64,000 nt of DNA, from the NCBI GenBank assembly GCA_002633005.1, contig NMRA01000005.1, positions 537,913 to 601,912 of the forward strand. Direction: 5' to 3'. The position numbers and the translations under genes were made by a program. The notes beneath the pieces are model-generated. The model made no database searches, had not been told where the DNA came from, and worked only from the letters and a program-made list of their open reading frames with translations. This stretch comes from Phoronis australis. Taxonomy: Eukaryota > Animalia > Phoronida. This document shows, one piece after another, positions 59,485-64,000 of the stretch; position 1 is the stretch's first letter; every line of letters starts with the position of its first letter.

Positions 59485-62400
59485 AAAACATCCGAATTGG
59501 GAGCTTGGATTTTGAAAGGCCATAATTTTCTGTGGAATTGGGCTTTGGGAATTCACTGACCATAGTGTGACCGTGACTCCCGTGAGTTCTTTGTATGCAA
59601 ATATGCAAAAGCATACTAGAAAACCCAAGCAACAAAATTCGCCATTGGTCTGGAGTCTCTTTCTTCAAAGGTCATTAGATCGTACCCAAGTCTTGGTAGT
59701 CGGTAGTACCGTTTTACGACCCTGGCGTGTTTTAAGAAACGTCTCAGCTACGACCTTCCTTTTGTATTTCTAGGGTCATTGGCTAAGTTCATAGCTAAGG
59801 CGGTCGTAACAAACCCTTGGCATCTCTCTCACTTTGTAAGACTGGTCGGCTAGACATTCACTTTCAACCCAGTTAGTGAAGTTGACTAGGTGTTCTCTCT
59901 CAATCTAGTTAGTACTAAAGAGTGACTTGGGGTGGTCATTCAATACAGTTAGTAAAACTGACTAGGCGTTCACTATGATAGTATCAATTCAATTCTGAGA
60001 GCCGGCTCCTGTTTCGTTGACGCCGCCCTTAAAATATTTTACTTCTCCCCACCCTTCTCTCGATGGCCGTGGAGCGTTCTCTATCGAAATAATTATGTCA
60101 ATTTTCCTTGGCACGCTCTTTCAACTCTTCGTTTTTTGCGTCCACATATTCTAATGAGGGTGCATATTGCCGTCATCTCTGTATGGCCTTACGGTATCCG
60201 CTGCCCCGTTTCCACTAGAAGCTTGTTCACAGTCAAAAAGAGAAGGATGTGCCTCAACCTTGGAAGAATTTGACGACTGCTGTAACCAAATGGCAATTTT
60301 AGATTTTATATTTTTTTACTTTTATATCTTCCAACTGTAATTCGTCCTCATAAACCTGGCAAATATTTTGATAGATCTTTGTATCAAAGTTCGGAAAGTC
60401 ACTCGGTAAGTTTCGGACGGCTTCGACGAGTTGTTCGCCTCTAATAGTAGCAGGTTTCGTATTTGCTATCTGCTTATACATGTAAATTTGTCAGCCAATG
60501 AATTACATGATGTACTTCGTCGTGAAATATGGGATATATTTCATTGTCTCCGTTTCATAAGCGAATATTTCTCGCTGCAAGTGCATGACTAATGTATGTC
60601 GTCTACAGAACGCTCATTCCTGGGCCTTGATAAAACACTGTCATATGACAATGTGTTAACTGCTGTTTTTTTCTGGTTGATGAATGTCATTTAATATTAA
60701 AGATTGTATACACATCGTCTACCCACCGTTCTGTTCAAGTTTGCCTGTTAAAGTTGTAAAAGAGCTGGTGCTTAGTTTAGCATGCGCGCAGTCCAGCCTG
60801 AAAAATGGGGGACTCGAATGTTTGAGAATGTGGACCTTTTACTGAAAAAACGAGGTACGTTCATAGCTGTGAATTGTGCATTCGCCGAATTTTTGTAGCT
60901 ACTGCTTTTTTAATGGACTTTTGTCTAGTTTTCTACTTTTTCAGACTTTTTGTTTCTCTGAGGTGGACCTTTTTGCCCACTTCGCCAAATAGGGAGACTC
61001 CGCATTCGAGCCCCCCCCCCCCCNNCCCCCCCCCCCCCAAGTGCGCGCATGTTTAGTGTCGAGTGGTTCTTGGGACGTAATAAATAGTGTGTTGGACCTG
61101 TCATGCCATCTACATTTTAGTGGTTTGTTGTTATGTAGAGTTTCTACTCGTGGCAAAATGTTGTAGAAAATCTGAAGTTGTTTATATATGTTAAGTTGTG
61201 CTGCGTTTGTAACCTGTGCACATTGAGGCTATCATTGTATTGTTGTGACTCTTGTAAATATTTTAATTTTGTCATATTATACTGTTATCCAATTCTTTAC
61301 TTTATTTCTTTTACAAATACTTTCTTGTCGTCTTTGAAAACTACGCACCCCGGCGTACATGTAAGTTTGGATAGAGCTTTTACTGATCGACAAAATAAAT
61401 CTATGGATAAATTAAAAATACATGTAGATTGAAAGAAACATATTGAAAATCTTGTCAGCAAATGTACAACATCCAAAACATGCAAAAAATAAACTGTTGA
61501 GAAATCAGGCGAAATATTGAAACTAAAAATATGCTTGAAACACTGATGAATCATCACCAGACAGGGTATACCTTCTTAAAACATGCGAAATCCGCTTGAG
61601 CCATCGCTCAAACCTATAGGTTGCTTTGAAACATGTGCAGCCAACCAAACCACGCTGCAGCGTGGCACGGTGATCTTTACTTTGAATAGAAAGCTGGCGC
61701 GAATTTAAGATTGACGTTCAAATGCACTGTCGTTATTAATGCCTGCTAGGCCACGTGTACTGTTTTCATAGTTACAAACAAACTGACATCAAGATCTCAG
61801 AGCGCAACATTAACGTCAGCCAAAACTTGTGCTCTCGAAAAATATCTTGACCGCCACTGCAACGAACACAACAAAAAATAATAAACGCCATCAGCGTGCC
61901 GTTTTCAGGGCTTTCATGAGTAATTCCTTCGAAAATTGTGTGGGTCCCGGGAAAGAATTTACATGTATGTATGTTTAACTTCCATTTGGTAAGGAGTAAT
62001 TGACAGTCGGCAAGCACTGCAAACGTACATGTACGGCGACATCGGCACTGCAGTCGGTACCCGCGGAGTACGAATATATTGGGTTTAGTTTCAAATCCAG
62101 ACGTCTGTATCGCGACTCTCACGCCAATTATTTGCCACAGTATAAATGCACTATACTGATCGACACCGAATACGCGTTGTTGTGGGCTCACACTTTTTTC
62201 TACGAGGAATTCAATTTCAGAAGCTAAGCAGTTGAAATATCATTTCCTTGTACGCTTTTGCGATTCATTTCAACCAGATTGTTTCATTTAAAAGCCTCGT
62301 TTCCGAGGATGCGTGATGCACGTGCAATGCTTTTTCATTGAAGCAAAATTCATTTGACGCTTTTTTCAAAGCTGGCGAAACAGGCTTGTGTTGCAATTTT

Positions 62401-63453
62401 TAAGTGGTAAAACCGTTTTAAACAGTTCTGAGGTGTTTGGAATAAAAATTATGAAATATTTAGGAGTTTTGACAATGTTTTGGTAGTGTTCCACAAGGCA
62501 TGTCTATTTTTAATCGACGGATGTCATTTTCATGGTGTTTGGGTATCTTGGGCCAAATTAGCAGTAGAAAACTGAGAACTTGCAGATAGCATATTGTATT
62601 TACAGTTTATACATTATCAGTCATCATCATGGAAACAAAACGAAACGCAAAAAACACAGCTTATAAGAGCAACTGAAAACATTCAGACGACCGGCCGGGA
62701 TGGTAGCAGCTGTGAATACACAAATAATCAAAACTACCCTCAAAAGTTGACAGCTCAATAGAGCTCAGGTTAACATTCATTGTTTTGCTGACTGAAAACA
62801 TAAGAAAACTCAGAATACAGCCTCATACGTCGCTTATCTCGCGACCTGGACTGGGAATCAAGACTTCCTATGCGGGCCGATAGAGGTCAACAAGAGGCAG
62901 TGAGCCTAATGAGAGCAAACTCCTTCAGTTCACACTCATTAACTCGGAACTTGGAATCTTTTAATCTCAAGATCACGTATGCGTGAACTTGGAATACACG
63001 AGGAAATGTGACAAGTTCACGCAACTTATCGCATTCACGTTGCTAAGAACTTGCACTGCACTAAATCAAATTACATGTTAATTAATTGGACAGTAACGTA
63101 ACAAATCTTTTTTCAACTGGCTATTGGCGATCTTATTCCACTCCAAACAATAGTAGACAAGTTTGACCATTGACCATTCATATATTATTCCGATTCTTGA
63201 CACAAGTTACGGTAAAAGAGAAAATGAGTGATCACGAGGCCAATAATTACAACAATTCTTTATAACTGAAAATTTTCAGTCATCTGCCGATTGCATTCAA
63301 GTTACATGTACGTATGTCAACACCAGCGTGTATTACGGTTGCCAGCCCACTAGAGCGACATCTTTCGTGAAAAGGCAGGATTTCATGCACAGCAGTTGAG
63401 TTACTCAACACGGAAGTTGGGTTTCCAGATGCATTCCAGGTAACCACGAGAGT

Positions 63454-63524
63454 ATGGTGCGGGTGTTGGTATTCCTCGGATTTTTGAGCACCATTCAGTG
63501 CGACCTGTATTTACACAACCCCAG
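63454..63524 (+). CDS. First coding exon of a DD3-3-like secreted protein (gene continues beyond the window)
   Basis: MVRVLVFLGFLSTIQC-DLYLHNP(R), then AG|GTATGT. A signal peptide followed by D(I/L/V)Y(L/M)HNPR is the recalled N-terminus of DD3-3 family proteins. ETS site cggaagt at 63411. Confidence 0.65.
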
Positions 63525-64000
63525 GTATGTTTATTATTTTCAACCCATTATAAAATCGTAGCCAATTTGAGATCTTTGAGTTTGAGCCTTGACTTTGAGT
63601 TTGAGACATTTTGACAGTGTTGATCCCGAAACTCGAGAAGCATGAATCGTGTTTTCTTCTCAGTTCGTATTCGTTTCTGTATGCCAGGGGAGTTTATTTA
63701 GATTGTACTAGAAAATTTCATACACTTGGTTGAGCAGGAGTCGTGAATCTCGGCATAAAATCAGCAAGTTGGTCTACCAATCCTATAACTTCACCTAGAC
63801 CTAGGCTACCGTGGTGTGAGTCATTGTCCTACTACTTGACGGACTTGGCCTACTTCCGAGCGTTTCCTTTCGACGTTTCGGAGTCATTTCACGAATATTT
63901 TACGAAATATAGGAACAACTTTGAAGGAATAAATAACCTTATCTCACAATCATTGAGTGTTGTTCTTGGTTTACCTTTGTGCCAATTTTGAAAGTTGTAA

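Noticed and set aside
60050-60481. Possible gypsy integrase C-terminal relic on minus (…KNEELKERAKEN*HNYFDR…)
   Set aside because: Too short and degenerate; no DDE core or LTRs seen.
61400-61480. KHIENLVSKC, resembling a LINE RT C-terminal motif
   Set aside because: A single ten-residue resemblance without flanking RT motifs.

Overview
AT-rich animal (invertebrate) genomic DNA with spliceosomal GT-AG introns. I see no prokaryotic operons, rRNA, intact tRNA or CRISPR. I reconstructed four protein-coding genes by hand. (1) A 3-coding-exon, 906-aa Patched-related/PTCHD3-like RND-SSD membrane protein on the minus strand (20630-16599). (2) A single-coding-exon OTU1/YOD1 deubiquitinase (40635-41570, +). 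(3) A 13-exon, 703-aa horseshoe-crab clotting Factor C-like serine protease zymogen (47974-59484, +). (4) The first coding exon of a DD3-3-like secreted protein (63454-63524, +), running off the window. The most notable feature is the Factor C homologue. It keeps the Cys-rich LPS-sensing N-terminus (FYRWRPYCK) and the Phe-Ile auto-activation site. In my model a chitin-binding peritrophin-A (CBM14)-like exon sits where Limulus factor C has its EGF module, and the LCCL and C-type lectin domains are missing. It is therefore a candidate dual LPS/chitin-sensing protease (inference). Intergenic and intronic DNA is dense in DNA-transposon debris: a three-level nested set with 9-bp TSDs whose empty-site reference lies in the same window, a deleted Academ element just after the OTU1 stop, a Sola3-like remnant, a THAP fragment, many MITEs, a LINE fragment and a 29-bp minisatellite. 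All family assignments come from recalled motifs, not database searches.
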